A stretch of DNA of 64,000 nt from Eledone cirrhosa (Eukaryota). The translations under genes and the position numbers were made by a program. The stretch covers positions 252,030,001 to 252,094,000 of the forward strand of contig OZ024742.1 of NCBI GenBank assembly GCA_964016885.1, written 5' to 3'. The notes under the pieces are model-generated. The model was not told the origin of the DNA. It did no database searches and saw only the letters and a list, made by a program, of their open reading frames with translations. Shown here one piece after another: positions 1 through 12,072 of the stretch (positions are counted from its first letter, which is position 1; every line of letters begins with the position of its first letter).

Positions 1-1594
1 CAAAGGTAAAGGCGATGCACTAGATAGAGGAAACTATATAGGTATAAAGCTGATGCCCTCTTCCTTGTGAGGCAATTACAGGAAAAGTACCTAGCTAAAA
101 GTAAGCCACTCTACTTGGCATTTGTCGACCTTGAGAAAGCCTTTGACAGAGTTCCACGTGCTGTAATCTGGTGGGCTCTTAGAAAACTAGGAGTAGATGA
201 ATGGTTTGTGAAAGCGGTACAAGCCATGTATAGGGGAGCAGTCAGCAAAGTTAGGATTAGCAATGAGTATAGCGAGGAATTTAGCGTACAGGTTGGGGTC
301 CACCAGGGCTCTGTTCTTAGCCCCCCTCCTGTTCATCATAGTCCTGCAGGCAATAATGGAGGAGTTTAAGACCGGATGCCCATGGGAACTCCTGTATGCT
401 GATGACCTCGCACTCATAGCTGAATCTATGGTAGAACTAGAGAATAAATTCCAAACTTGGAAGCAGGGACTAGAAAGAAAGGGTCTCAAAGTCAACATGA
501 CAAAGACTAAGGTCCTTGTAAGTAGACGAGAAAACAGAACCCAGATCCCCTCAGGGAAATGGCCTTGCTCAGTATGTAGGAAAGGTGTAGTTAGGAACTC
601 CATTCTCTGCCCCAAATGCAAACAATGGGTACACAAGAGATGTAGCGGGATCTCAGGAAGCTTAATTAAGAATGTAGGCTTCACATGCAGCAAACAGCCA
701 CAGGAAACAAGTACCACCAATCTCTGGGAGGGCTCTGTAGAAACAGTAGACAGCTTCTGCTACCTAGGTGACCGAATTAGCAGCGGAGGTGGGTGTTCAG
801 TACAATAACTAGGGTAAGAACGGGATGGAAGAAGTTTAGGGAACTACTACCACTGCTAGCTGCAAAAGGCTTCTCCCTCAGATGAAAGGCAGACTGTATG
901 ATGCGTGTATCCGAACAGCAATGTTGCATGGTAGTGAGACCTGGGCGCTGAAGGTGGAAGACTTACGTAGATTAGAGAGAAACGAAGCCTGCATGCTCCG
1001 ATGGATGTGTAACAGTAATATACGTGAACGACAAAGCATAAATGATTTGAGAGAGAGACTGAGCATAAGAGGAATCAAATGCTGTGTGCAGGAGAGGTGG
1101 TTGCGCTGGTATGGACATGTGATGCGTATGAAGGATGACAGCTGCATAAAAAGGTGCAGAGCACTAGAAGTTGATGGAAACCGCGGAGTGGGAGAGACCC
1201 AAGATGACCTGGGATGAGGTGATAAAAGCCGACCTTACCCAATTACACCTCTCAAAGGCAATGAAGGCAATGACACACGACCGTGACCTCTGGCGTCACG
1301 CGGTAATACAGAGTACCCGACCTCCCATGGGTACAAGCTGAAGCATATAGACAATATTCCCCCTCCACCGCAAGGTGGTCGTGGAGGTGCCACGGCAAAA
1401 AAGTACCCAGCCCACACTGTAAATGAGTTGGTGTTAGGAAGGGCATCCAGCTGTAGAAATCAAGCCAAATCAGTTCCTGTATGAGCAAGGCATGGTCAGC
1501 CGACCAGACACTGCCCACAACAGGACAACCCGTCTAACCCATGCTAGCGTGGAAGAACGGACGTAAAACGGTGATGATGATGATGATGATGATG
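1..1594 (+). mobile_element. RTE-clade LINE, RT to 3' end, frameshifted (runs off window start)
   Basis: RT motifs AFVDLEKAFDRVP, GVHQGSVLSP and LLYADDL; C-terminal LHGSETW and LRWYGHVMRM; 3' UTR ends in (GAT)n. Confidence 0.93.
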
Positions 1595-1620
1595 ACACAC
1601 ACACACACATACATATATAT

Positions 1621-1797
1621 ATCATCATCGTTTAACGTCCATCTTCCCCGCTTGCATGGGTTTGGACGGGAGTTTTCCCACTTGAGGCAAGAGTGGTTGT
1701 CTTGCTCGCATAGGACTGTCTGGCGGGTTTTCTACGGCTGGATGCCCTTCCTAACACCAACCACGTTTACAGTGTGGACTGGGAGGTTTTTACCATG
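1621..1797 (-). mobile_element. RTE LINE 3' UTR fragment, tail-to-tail with copy at 1-1594
   Basis: (ATC)n followed by the reverse complement of the shared tail (ggatgcccttcctaacaccaacc). Closely similar to 33188-33308. Confidence 0.8.
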
Positions 1798-1894
1798 TTA
1801 TATATATATATATATATATATATAAAATCAACATCATTTAACATCCATTTTCCCTGCTGGCAAGAACATATTATATATCTATCTTTATTTTATA

Positions 1895-2060
1895 TAGAAA
1901 GGACTTCTACAAGACTAGAGCTGTTTCATTCATGGACTGTCCTGATGATTTCATATGAATGAATGAGATCCAGTTCTGTAGAAGCCATTTCTATACAAAA
2001 TAAAAATGCTTATACTCTACCAACATATTGAGTACCTTCTTTATCTATGGTCACCTCCAT
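1895..2060 (+). repeat. Palindromic Penelope pLTR-like repeat (family also at ~31895-32032 and ~43389-43530)
   Basis: Shares cctgatgattt...tgtagaag...atactct...attgagtacctt...acctcc with the other two copies; adjacent to a Penelope RT relic. Confidence 0.6.
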
Positions 2061-2099
2061 ATATTTATATACATATAGGCACACAAACTCCTACTAGAT

Positions 2100-2958
2100 T
2101 GAGGTCCCCCACCAGCTTCATAACCTCCTTTTTTTATTGCGCTCTAAATTCCAATCCCCCCTCTGGCTACCAACAGATCATATCCTCCACCATCCTGCAA
2201 CTCATTTCCTCCCTCCCACTGCTACTAATCTTTTAATACACAAATCCCGGACTCTCACCTCTACTTCATCTCCAAGATTCACAAACACAACAACCCTGGC
2301 CATCCCATTATTTCCTCTTGCAACTGTCCTATTTTCTCATCTCCAAAGACTTGGACACCATCCTTGCCCCTTTAATCCCCAACCTCCCTTCTCACATCCA
2401 GGATTCCAATCATTTATTCCAACTCTTTAACTCCTCTTTTTTCCCTCCTCGTTCCTCTCACCTCCTTTTCACAATGGACATCACCTCCCTCACAATGATG
2501 GCCCCCACATACTTCAACATTTTTTAGATTTACATCCCACCCCCTATTGTAGCACTTTCACACTTTTCCACCTTGCTGAGCTTGTTCCACCCTCAACGAT
2601 TTTTCCTTTTCTGAGGAGTATTACCAGCAAGTTTCTGGGGTACTAAAATGGGCCTGAACTATGCCAACTTGATCATCGGCCATGTCGAAGCTCAAATCTT
2701 CTTCCAGTATACTGGATCTACCCGAGTTATAAAGCTGTTACATTGATGACTGCATCAGTGTCACTTCTCTCTCTCATAAACAGATCAACTCTTTTCTTTT
2801 CTTTGTTCAGTCTTTCCATCCCACCCTGACTTTCACTATCTCTGACTCGTCTGTCCGATTCCTTGATACCTCCCTCTCCATTAACCACTCTCACCGCTTT
2901 CTCATACTCTCCATCTTCTATAAATTCACTGACACACACTCCTACCTCAATTTCACTA
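2100..2958 (+). pseudogene. Penelope-like element reverse transcriptase relic
   Basis: Across frameshifts reads LFTMDITSL, FSFSEEYYQQVSG..KMGLNYANL, YIDDC, FLD and IFYKFTDTHSYLNF, typical PLE RT motifs. Confidence 0.85.
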
Positions 2959-3479
2959 CTATAGAAGAGAGTAATTATTTAAAGTGCTAAGATTATTCTC
3001 TGCTCTATCATCTTCATCATCATCATTTTACATCTGTGGTAAAGGTTGTATAGGTTGTCACAGTCTGATATTAGATGGGTCAGGAAACCAATTTTTGCAC
3101 ATATTCCATATGTGGTATAGTTTCTATAACTTGATACTCTTCCTAATACCAACCATTTAATAGTATGCAATGGGTGTATTTTATTGCACAAATGCAGAAG
3201 ATTCATCAAAGGTAAAAGAAAGTCAAACATTTCTAGCTCACATAAATTCACAACTTACATAGGCAACATCTCAAGCCATAGAGTAGGATAGTGCAATCAA
3301 GTGCTCAATAGATGCACATTTTTGTGGCCAGATGGATCTCTGAAAGCAATAGTATTATTCAAATGCATTAAAATAGGATGCTTTTGGTTAGAAGCATTGG
3401 TTTAATATTACATTGGGCTGGCTACATGGGCTGTAAATATATCCTAGTACAGTTAACTAGGAGCACATAACTCACTCAG

Positions 3480-3745
3480 TCCATCCTGTAGGCGGTTATG
3501 CTGGTGATGTGATGAAAAAGCACCCATCCCACCCTGTTAGATGGCCATTTTGGTGCCATGATAAAATACACCCAGTCCATCCTCAAAGGTGATCATACTG
3601 GTGAAACGACAAAAACCACCCAGTCCACCCTGTTAGATGGCTGTTTTGGTGCCACAAAAAAAAAAAAAAAAAAAAAAAGCACCATTCACACTGTAACGGG
3701 GTTGGTTTCAGGGGGAGCATCCAGCCGTAGAAACCAAGCCAAAAT
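3480..3745 (+). repeat. Degenerate RTE/SINE 3' UTR with tandem units
   Basis: Repeated cacccagtccaccctgttagatgg units ending in gcatccagccgtagaaaccaagcc, as in the LINE tail. Confidence 0.65.
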
Positions 3746-3773
3746 ACAGATCTGTATGCCTCTGCTTTCAAAC

Positions 3774-4318
3774 TTATATTTAAATGAATGTATGTATAGT
3801 ATATTTGGTAATATACTGTATGTTTAATTAAAAACATTTTGAAGACCTTGCGCTATTATTTTAAAGTAGTGACTATGTCACTTCTTTTTTCAGCAAAGGA
3901 AGGGAGAGAAGCTGACAGATCTGTATGCATCGCTATTTCAGAGCACCAATCCTAATTTTTAATTTTTGCTGGACTGGCAATCGCTCTGTATAATCAGTTC
4001 CTGATTATTACTGGAATTCTATAAGAATCCAACCTCTATAATTTCGGCAGAGGTCGGCGAGTACGTTGCTCTGAGGAACACCAACAGTGTGAAACAGATC
4101 TGTCAGTTTCTCTCCCTTCCTTTGTTGAAAAAAGAAGTGACAGTCACTACTTTAAACTAATAGCGCAAGGTCTTCAAAATGTTTTTAATATAGTATATTA
4201 CCAAATATACTATACATACATTCATGTATACATACAGTATATTACCAAATATACTATACATACATTCATGTATACATCGCTATTTCAGAGCACCAATCCT
4301 AATTTTTATATTTAAATG
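3774..4318. mobile_element. Inverted-repeat (Penelope pLTR-like) insertion with candidate 13-bp TSD
   Basis: Arm ~3784-3925 is the reverse complement of ~4094-4225. The direct repeat ttatatttaaatg flanks it at 3774-3786 and 4306-4318. Confidence 0.7.
4068..4107 (+). ncRNA. Minimal type I hammerhead ribozyme motif
   Basis: GCT-CTGAGGA-ACAC-caaca-GTGT-GAAAC-AGATCT-GTC-AGT: intact CUGANGA/GAAA/GUC core, 4-bp stem II, palindromic stem III ACAGATCTGT, 3-bp stem I. Confidence 0.75.
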
Positions 4319-4598
4319 CTTTCTTGAATTGTTTTCACCAGTATAGAAAAATAACATTGGTTTTCATGGTAGCAAAATGAAACTACAGCAGTGTCAACAA
4401 TCACTTAGAGTTACTCGCACAGTGTATGTTAAAATTTCAAATTTCAAGGCCACCTTCATCAGTTTCTCGAGATCTCTTTTTCCTTTTTATTTGACTAAGC
4501 ATCAGCTACAGAAATAACCTTTAATGAAAAAAGTAAAATTTTGGAGTTGTACTTGTCTGACAAGTGACTTGATCTGAGACTGCGTGTTGAAACTAAAA

Positions 4599-4753
4599 CA
4601 ATTACTGTGTGGAAAAGTCATTTTAACCATTTAAAAACACAAAAACTGTTAACTTTATTTTATATCTAACATTTAGGAAAAGATGTGTATAAAGTAATGT
4701 TAACAGGTTTGATGTTTTTATAGGGTTAAAATGACTTTTCCATATTGTAATTG
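4599..4753. repeat. Imperfect ~55-bp inverted repeat (MITE-like hairpin)
   Basis: caattactgtgtggaaaagtcattttaacc...ctgttaac pairs with gttaacagg...ggttaaaatgacttttccatattgtaattg. Confidence 0.7.
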
Positions 4754-6336
4754 CAAAAAAGTGAAATTTACCTAAAATATGATTTCATTACATTATGTAT
4801 ATATTTGTTTCTTTTATGAAATCTATATTTTCTTATCTTACATATAAACAATATACCATAATAGAATGATTAGCAGTTCCAGCACAAAATATCTGCAAGA
4901 ACTTCCACTTCAACTGTTGATATTCTAATGTAAGTTAGATCATGAACTATCACAAAAATACATTAAGTATCCAAATTTAGATATTTAGCTCGAAGCAAGA
5001 ATTAACTGTGTGACTTATAAGATCCAATGGGGTTGTTCTGTTATAAGGTCAAATTTCAAATGAAAAAAAAAAAAAAAAAATAGTAATGAATTTTCACTTC
5101 AGGTAAGTGAAAAAAACAATGGATAAAAATAAAAAAAAATAAATCTATAATTGAGAAACAAAATATAACATTTTTTGTTTAGCTATTATATAATTTTTCT
5201 CATATAAAAGCATTACAAATAAAAAAACTATAAAAGCAAATGGAAAAATATTATTGGAATCGTCTTAAAATATGGCATCAGAAGCAAATGATCAATAGTC
5301 TGACATGAGTTCCTGGAGCTACAGACGAAGGCAAGAAAAAATTAGATCTCTCTCACAGAAAAAGTAATTTGTTTTTCTTTAGCAGAAAGAATTTAAAGTC
5401 AGCATGAAGGTGACTAGCAAGAACTACACAGTATGAAACTGAATCAACTAAATAAACTATAGCACCATAAATTAATATGATCACAACTTTTTCAAACTGG
5501 TCTCAATTAGAAAAGAAATTTTTTTAGTGTTACATATTTTGGTGAATTAAAGGTGCACTTTGGAAGATAACATATTGACTAGAATGTATTTTGTTTAAGT
5601 TTTAGTTTAGTTCGAACATGAGCTTTTTATAAGCACTATATTGCTGAAAATAGATATATAGAATATGTAGGAAATATGGGAAAAAAGGTAAAAAATAAAA
5701 GTCATATTAAATGAAGCATAAAAATATGCTATTAGTAGAAAATATCAATAGTAAGTATCCTTGTTAAGTACTATTAGTAAGCGAATTTTATGGCTCACTG
5801 GTTTTAGCACTGTACTGTAAAGAGATTTGATTCTAATCAATAACATTTCTATTTCATTTTCTTATAAACAGAAAGGATACATATTTAAAGATCTTTCCTT
5901 TTCTTCTGTAAACTACTAGATCAGTACCACTGTCACAGTCTATTTCCTTCTATAGAATAAAGGGAGTTCATTGAGTTTTTAAATATTATGCATGATTAGC
6001 TAAGTTCACAAATAAATAGTACTGCCACCAATAAATTCTCAAGATTTATAAGAAAATATATTGAGCTATATACATTAAAATATAAAGTCAATTTTATTTG
6101 CTTTCTAACTATTAACAGTTAACAAGTAATATTTCAGACTTGATGCATTTGCTTCAAGAATTTTATTTTTATGCACTATTTCATACATTTAAAGAAAGAA
6201 CTATAGAAATAATCCTTTTCATTTACTTTTAAAATACTTTTAGTGTAAGAAATCCAGTTTGCTGTAAAATAAAAGTAGATACAGTGAGTTGGATTTCTAT
6301 TGTTTTTTTTTTAATGTTCTATTATAATACATATTG

Positions 6337-6455
6337 AAGGCACGTGGCTTAGTGGTTAGAGAGTAGGATTCACAATTGTGAGGTTGTGAGTTCAATTCTC
6401 GGACCGGGTGATACTTTGTGTCCTTGAACAAGACACTTTATTTCATGTTGCTCCT
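6337..6455 (+). mobile_element. tRNA-derived SINE family B (head plus central domain)
   Basis: A box tggcttagtgg, B box gagttcaattc, then gtgtccttgaacaagacactttatttc. Confidence 0.8.
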
Positions 6456-6899
6456 TCTGCCAGGAAAGACCAATGGAAACATTGTTTCCTTGGTCCGATT
6501 TGACAAGTTCCATCCCACTCAGCAAGTGAATGAGGTCTGGGATCTTGTTGATTGATCAGAGTGAGAGCGATAATACATATATTATCTAAGTGACATCATT
6601 TTCTAGTATTAAGACAATGATAACAATGTTTTTGAGATTGACAATGGAAGAGATTTCTGAAAAATTTGTGGTTTGTTGTTTCACTAATGGAAGGATTAAG
6701 ATAAGGAAATGGGAATTTTCGAAATTCCTTCTGTAATATACAAAGAATTTTCATTTACATTTTGTTTATTAAATAGAACGAATTGACAAGATTAACTGAT
6801 CGGATATATACTGTAGACCCAACCAGAGAATCAATAATAGTGAATTCCATATCATTGAGACCATAAAAAAAAGAAAACAAAAATTAGACAAAATATTTT

Positions 6900-8651
6900 A
6901 TGATTGGTGCAGTAGCATCATTGTCAACTGCTACAAAGGTAAAGGTGATGCACTAGATAGAGGAAACTATAGAGGTATAAAGCTGATGGACCAGGTCATG
7001 AAAGTAACAGAAAGAGTTATAGCACAGTTGATTAGGGACCGGGTGAAACTAGATGAGATGCAATTTGGGTTTGTACCAGGAAGAGGCACCACTGATGCTC
7101 TCTTCCATGTGAGGCAGTTACAGGAAAAGTACCTAGCTAAAAGTAAGCCATTCTACCTGGCATTCGTCGATCTCGAGAAAGCCTTTGACAGACTTCTACA
7201 TGCTGTAATCTGGTGGGTTCTTAGAAAACTAGGAGTAGATGAATGGCTTGTGAAAGCTGTACAAGCCATGTATAGAGGAGCAGTCAGCAAAGTTAGGATT
7301 AGCAATGAGTATAGCGAGGAATTTAGCATACAGGTTGGTGTCCACCAGGGCTCTGTTCTTAGCCCTCTCCTGTTCATCATAGTCCTGCAGGCAATAACGG
7401 AGGAGTTTAAGACCGGATGCCCATGGGAACTCCTGTATGCTGATGACCTCGCACTTATAGCTGAATCTATGGTAGAACTAGAGAATAAATTCCAAACTTG
7501 GAAGCAGGGACTAGAAAGAAAGGGTCTCAAAGTCAACATGACAAAGACTAAGGTCCTTGTAAGTAGATGAGAAAACAGAACCCAGATCCCCTCAGGGAAA
7601 TGGCCTTGCTCAGTATGTAGGAACTCCATTCTCTGCCCCAAATGCAAACAATGGGTACACAAGAGATGTAGCGGGATCTCAGGAAGCTTAATTAAGAATG
7701 TAGGCTTCAGATGCAGCAGCTGTGCTGGGACAGCAAGCAGCAAACAGCCACAAGAAACAAGTACCACCAATCTCTGGGAGGGCTCTGTAGAAACAGTAGA
7801 CAGCTTCTGCTACCTAGGTGACCGAATTAGCAGTGGAGGTGGGTGTTCAGAACGGGATGGAAGATGTTCAGGGAACTACTGCCATTGCTAGCTGCAAAAG
7901 GCTTCTCCCTCAAAATGAAAGGCAGACTGTATGATGCGTGTATCTGAACAGCAATGTTACATGGTAGTGAGACCTGGGTGCTGAAGGTGGAAGACTTACG
8001 TAGATTAGAAAGAAACGAAGCCTGCATGCTCCGATGGATGTGTAATAGTAATATACACGAATGACAAAGCATAAATGAATTGAGAGAGAGACTGAGCATA
8101 AGAGGAATCAAATGCTGTGTGCAGGAGAGGTGGTTGCATTGGTATGGACATGGGATGCGTATGAAGGATGACAGCTGCATAAAAAGAGTCAATGGAAACC
8201 ACGGAGTGGAGAGACCCAAGAAGACCTGGGATGAGGTGATAGAAGCCGACCTTACCCAATTACACCTCTCAAAGGCGATGACACACGACCATGACCTCTG
8301 GCGTCACGCAGTAATACCGAGTACCCGACCTCCCATGGGTACAAGCTGAAGCATATAGACAATATGCCCCCACACCCTCCCACTGCAAGGTGGTCGTGGA
8401 GGTGCCACAGCAAAAAAGCACCCAGCCCACACTGTAAAGTGGACGTGTAGGCGCCACAGAAAAAGCACCCACCACTCACTGTAAATGAGGTTGGTCTTAG
8501 GAAGGGCATCCAGCTGTAGAAATCAAGCCAAAATGAGTTTCTGTATGAGCAAGTCATGGTCAGCCGACCAGACACTGCCCACAACAGGATAACCCGTCTA
8601 ACCCATGCTAGCATGGAAGAACGGACGTAAAACGATGATGATGATGATGAT
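6900..8651 (+). mobile_element. RTE-clade LINE, 5'-truncated, close relative of the 1-1594 copy
   Basis: NYRGIKL, QFGFVPGRGTTDA, DLEKAFD, LYADD; internal stops and deletions; (GAT)n tail. Confidence 0.94.
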
Positions 8652-8881
8652 ATTGAATGTCAGAAAGATATGACAGGTATTGATAAAAATATTCATCACA
8701 GAATTCCATTTATTTGATAAAGAGAATTTATAAGTTTTGGAAGATTTTGGCACTAAGAAAGTTTAGGCTTCAGTTCTCCAATACAGCATGATGTTTCATA
8801 TCAAAATCATCATCACCCCTTATCATTATTATCAACATTACTGATACCATGTTCCATGCTAATATGGGTTGAACATACTAA

Positions 8882-9117
8882 CCCTTTTGTTACTGAAATA
8901 CACTGCCAATGTGTGTCCATTAATTTTGAAAATATTAAAAAACTTGGAGGAATTTAATAAAAAACACTAACCCTGTAATTATTAAGATTATGTTTGGAAC
9001 ATTACTTAACAAAATGTTCTTAATTAAAATTAAGATGGAAGGTTTTAATATAAAAAACATTTTAAAATGGACAGCTTTGTATCAGGGACAGTTTAAGACA
9101 GGTTGATATCAAAAGGG
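8882..9117. mobile_element. piggyBac-like MITE
   Basis: Termini CCCTTTTG...CAAAAGGG flanked by ctaa/TTAA; homologous to copies at 49647, 50110 and 51407. Confidence 0.7.
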
Positions 9118-9339
9118 TTAATTAATACTATGTATGATAAAGATGTAAAGGTGCAACAGTGGTAAGGGTGTTGGACTTAAAATCATTATGTTGATTCCTG
9201 GACCAGCTTGTGTGTTGTGTTCTTGAGCAAAACATCTGGGGTATAATCCTTAAACCATTTAATATGAAAATGAAAAAAATGTAAATAATTACATCTAAGA
9301 AGCTTTCATCAAGAATATTCTGCAATTATTTTCTAGAAT

Positions 9340-9447
9340 AATTGTTTCTACTTTTGGCACAAGGCCAGCAATTATCCCAGTGTATTACTGGTACTTTATT
9401 TTATCGATCCCCGTAAGGATGAAAGGCAAAGTTAACCTCGGCGGGAT
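9340..9447 (-). mobile_element. SINE family A, partial
   Basis: Matches the recurrent aattgtttctacttttggcacaaggccagc...gatgaaaggcaaagttaacctcggcggga. Confidence 0.8.
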
Positions 9448-10299
9448 TATTGTTCAATATTGTCTTTGTAATCTTAAATTTTAGGAAATTATTATAAAGA
9501 ATCAGAGAGTTAATTAAGTTTGGCTGAATAAATTTAAGTGATATTCCATGGAGAGGAGATTTAAGATTGTTAAGAATCTGCTTTCTTGCTATTGAAAAAC
9601 TTTTACAACTGATATAAGAGACATGTTATTTCAGAAGAGCTCTGATCATCTGTGAGACATGTAACTTGAATTCAATTATATCCAGACAGAGAAAAACTGT
9701 AAAACCATTTGAAAATTTCACCTACTTATGATACAGAATGATGATTTATGATTTAATAGATTTTAATAGTGACAATATTCCAGTAAAGTTGTCAGTATTA
9801 GCAGCAGCCTCATCACCATCATTACCACCACTATTATCATCATCATTATCACTATTCTATATTTGCTTTTTTTGAAGCTGCATAGATTTGCCAGGTTGTT
9901 ATACCCAGCAGCAAAAGAAAAACTGGCCAACTTTGGTGTTGTGCATGTCGAACTGGGTGCATTTTAACATTGTGCATTGTAACATTGACCCTAGAAACGA
10001 TGTCTCAACCCTGCTTTAGCTTATATTTAAAGTTAATGTGCTCTTAGACAGGTAGCATGCAAAGTCCGTACATTATTCATACATTTCATTAGTGATCTGA
10101 TATGGCTTAGCATTACTCACGAAGCTGAAACTAAAATTGTTTGTAATGGAAAATAATCTATATATATATATAACCTTATCATTTGCTTTTGCTGATAACA
10201 TACCTCCTACTATCGTCGTTGACACCACTAGTGTCCGAGTTTGGTCCATCTGGTGCCTCCACGATGCTTGAACCTGACATAGCTTAGAAAGCCAAGTCA

Positions 10300-11445
10300 G
10301 GAGTGGAACAATCTTGGGCATTGATCACATGGCAGGGTGGGTGGTGGTCTTGACTGAGTTTGCTGGGCATTGCATTGCCTTCTTTTTACCTTTCTTCAGT
10401 CCTTCTTTTCTTGAAAGTGGAAAAACCAAAATGAATTTCTCTTTGCCAGGATGGATGGTTGGTGGCTCCTGTTTCCCAGTTTTTAGGGTTGATTCCTGAT
10501 TGAAGGATGGAAGACTTCAGTGATGTTTGAGTCTGTGTTTTGGGGCTCCATGATGTTATTTGCCGTTGACAAATTCACTGTAGATGATCTACAGGTGTCT
10601 TGAAGGGGCCATGCAGGTGAAATGTCTTGACCACCAGGGGCAATGCTTGAGGATGGTAGCTTCAATGTTTGACATTTCCGAGCAATGGAGGTTTTCATTG
10701 TGGGTGCAACGACGGTCCTGCCATTTGATGTTGAGGATCTGCCAAAGCTTGGCTTGTTGAAAATGCTCAAGTCTTTTATATACAGGGTCTTGCAAGCATA
10801 AGGCCAGGAGGAGATGACAACAATGCAAAACCGTGAGTTTTGTTCAGGAGAGCCAGTAGCTGTTGAATACATGCTTGCTGAGTCTTCCGAAAGCCCAATA
10901 AGCAGATTTGATGCAGTGGTCAACGTGTCTTTCACATGTTCCGGACTGTGAGAGGGTGCTGTCAGGCTATTAAAATCATCGACAACTTCCAGAGGCATGG
11001 CTCTCGTGTTGATGGAAACTCCTGGTATTTCTTGTCCATATTCACTTCCATCCCAAAGCGATAATAGGCTTCGGAGATGAGAGTTGAACAGCGCTGGAGG
11101 TTGGCAACAGATGAAGCTGAAAGGCTTTGTGAATGTCCCAGAAGATAAAGAGAAGTGCTTTCTACTGAAGTTGTCTTGCACAGAAGATCATGTCCATCAT
11201 TCCACATAATTGTCCAAAGCACCACATTGAGATTCTGGGAGGACTTCTTTCACAACATACAGAAGATGATCCAGAAGAATTCTGGCAAAAATTTTGCCAG
11301 CAATGCTGAGCAGGGAGACACTGCAGTGGCTGTTGCACACCAACTGGTCTCCTTTCTTAAAGATGGTATCCACCATGTGTGAAGAGCTCCAAGCGGATGT
11401 TGTCTGGACTGGCTGATTGTCCAGGTTTCATTTGTTTGATGTCAC
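10300..11445 (-). pseudogene. Old RTE/BovB-like LINE relic (second RTE family)
   Basis: Fragments RFGMEVNMDK, LEVVDDF and RLEHFQQAKLWQILNIKWQDRR, typical of the RTE ORF2 C-terminal half. Confidence 0.75.
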
Positions 11446-11542
11446 CCCTAACTATATATCTTAATTAATTACCAACACAAGCATTAATTATATACAAATT
11501 AGTATGTCCATTTCAGAATAATACTAAGAGCGAATGAGTATA

Positions 11543-11736
11543 TGAGGGTTGCCTGAAAAGTTCATATGCTCAGGCTGTGAAATCTTGCATACATTAATTT
11601 CAAATCTTCTTATTAATAACTATATTGTTTCTTTTCAGAGAATCTGTTGAAAAATAAACCTCATTAGGTTATTCCATGAGAGTATCTTGGTCAGCATATG
11701 AATTTTTCAGCCTATTAACTTTTCAGCTGACCCTTG
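11543..11736. mobile_element. Mariner-like MITE (~194 bp) with TA TSD
   Basis: Left TA-tgagggttgcctgaaaagtt vs right aacttttcagctgacccttg-TA. Confidence 0.7.
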
Positions 11737-11784
11737 TATATACTCATCAAATACATGTTTCCATGTAGTTGATTGGATGATATA

Positions 11785-11833
11785 CATGTCTTCTGATGAG
11801 GGTTCAATAAAATCCGAAATCGATTAAAGATGT
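11785..11833 (+). ncRNA. Degenerate minimal hammerhead motif in Penelope pLTR-like sequence
   Basis: atgtctt-CTGATGA-GGGTT..AATCC-GAAA-TCGA-TT-a-aagatgt. Stem II and palindromic ATCGAT are present; the stem I register is off by one base. Confidence 0.5.
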
Positions 11834-11982
11834 TTATCAGTTTTTCAATTTACTGGGAAATTTGTATTTCCTGGCATGTTTACATGCCTACAAATTAGAC
11901 ATGTATATATTTATACATGTTGGGGCAGCCTCAGTTACATACTCTGTATTTATACAAATATAACTTTATCATACACTTCTTA

Positions 11983-12039
11983 CTATATATATATATATAT
12001 ATATGTTTGTGTGTGTGTGTATATATTTATATGAGTGTG

Positions 12040-12072
<33 letters not shown>

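Noticed and set aside
187-720. Long minus-strand ORFs (also 7153-7770)
   Set aside because: Antisense shadows of the RTE reverse transcriptase.
5278-5318. Possible terminal exon of the lectin gene (good acceptor, PPGTHVRLLIICF*)
   Set aside because: No homology or other support; such acceptors arise by chance in AT-rich DNA.
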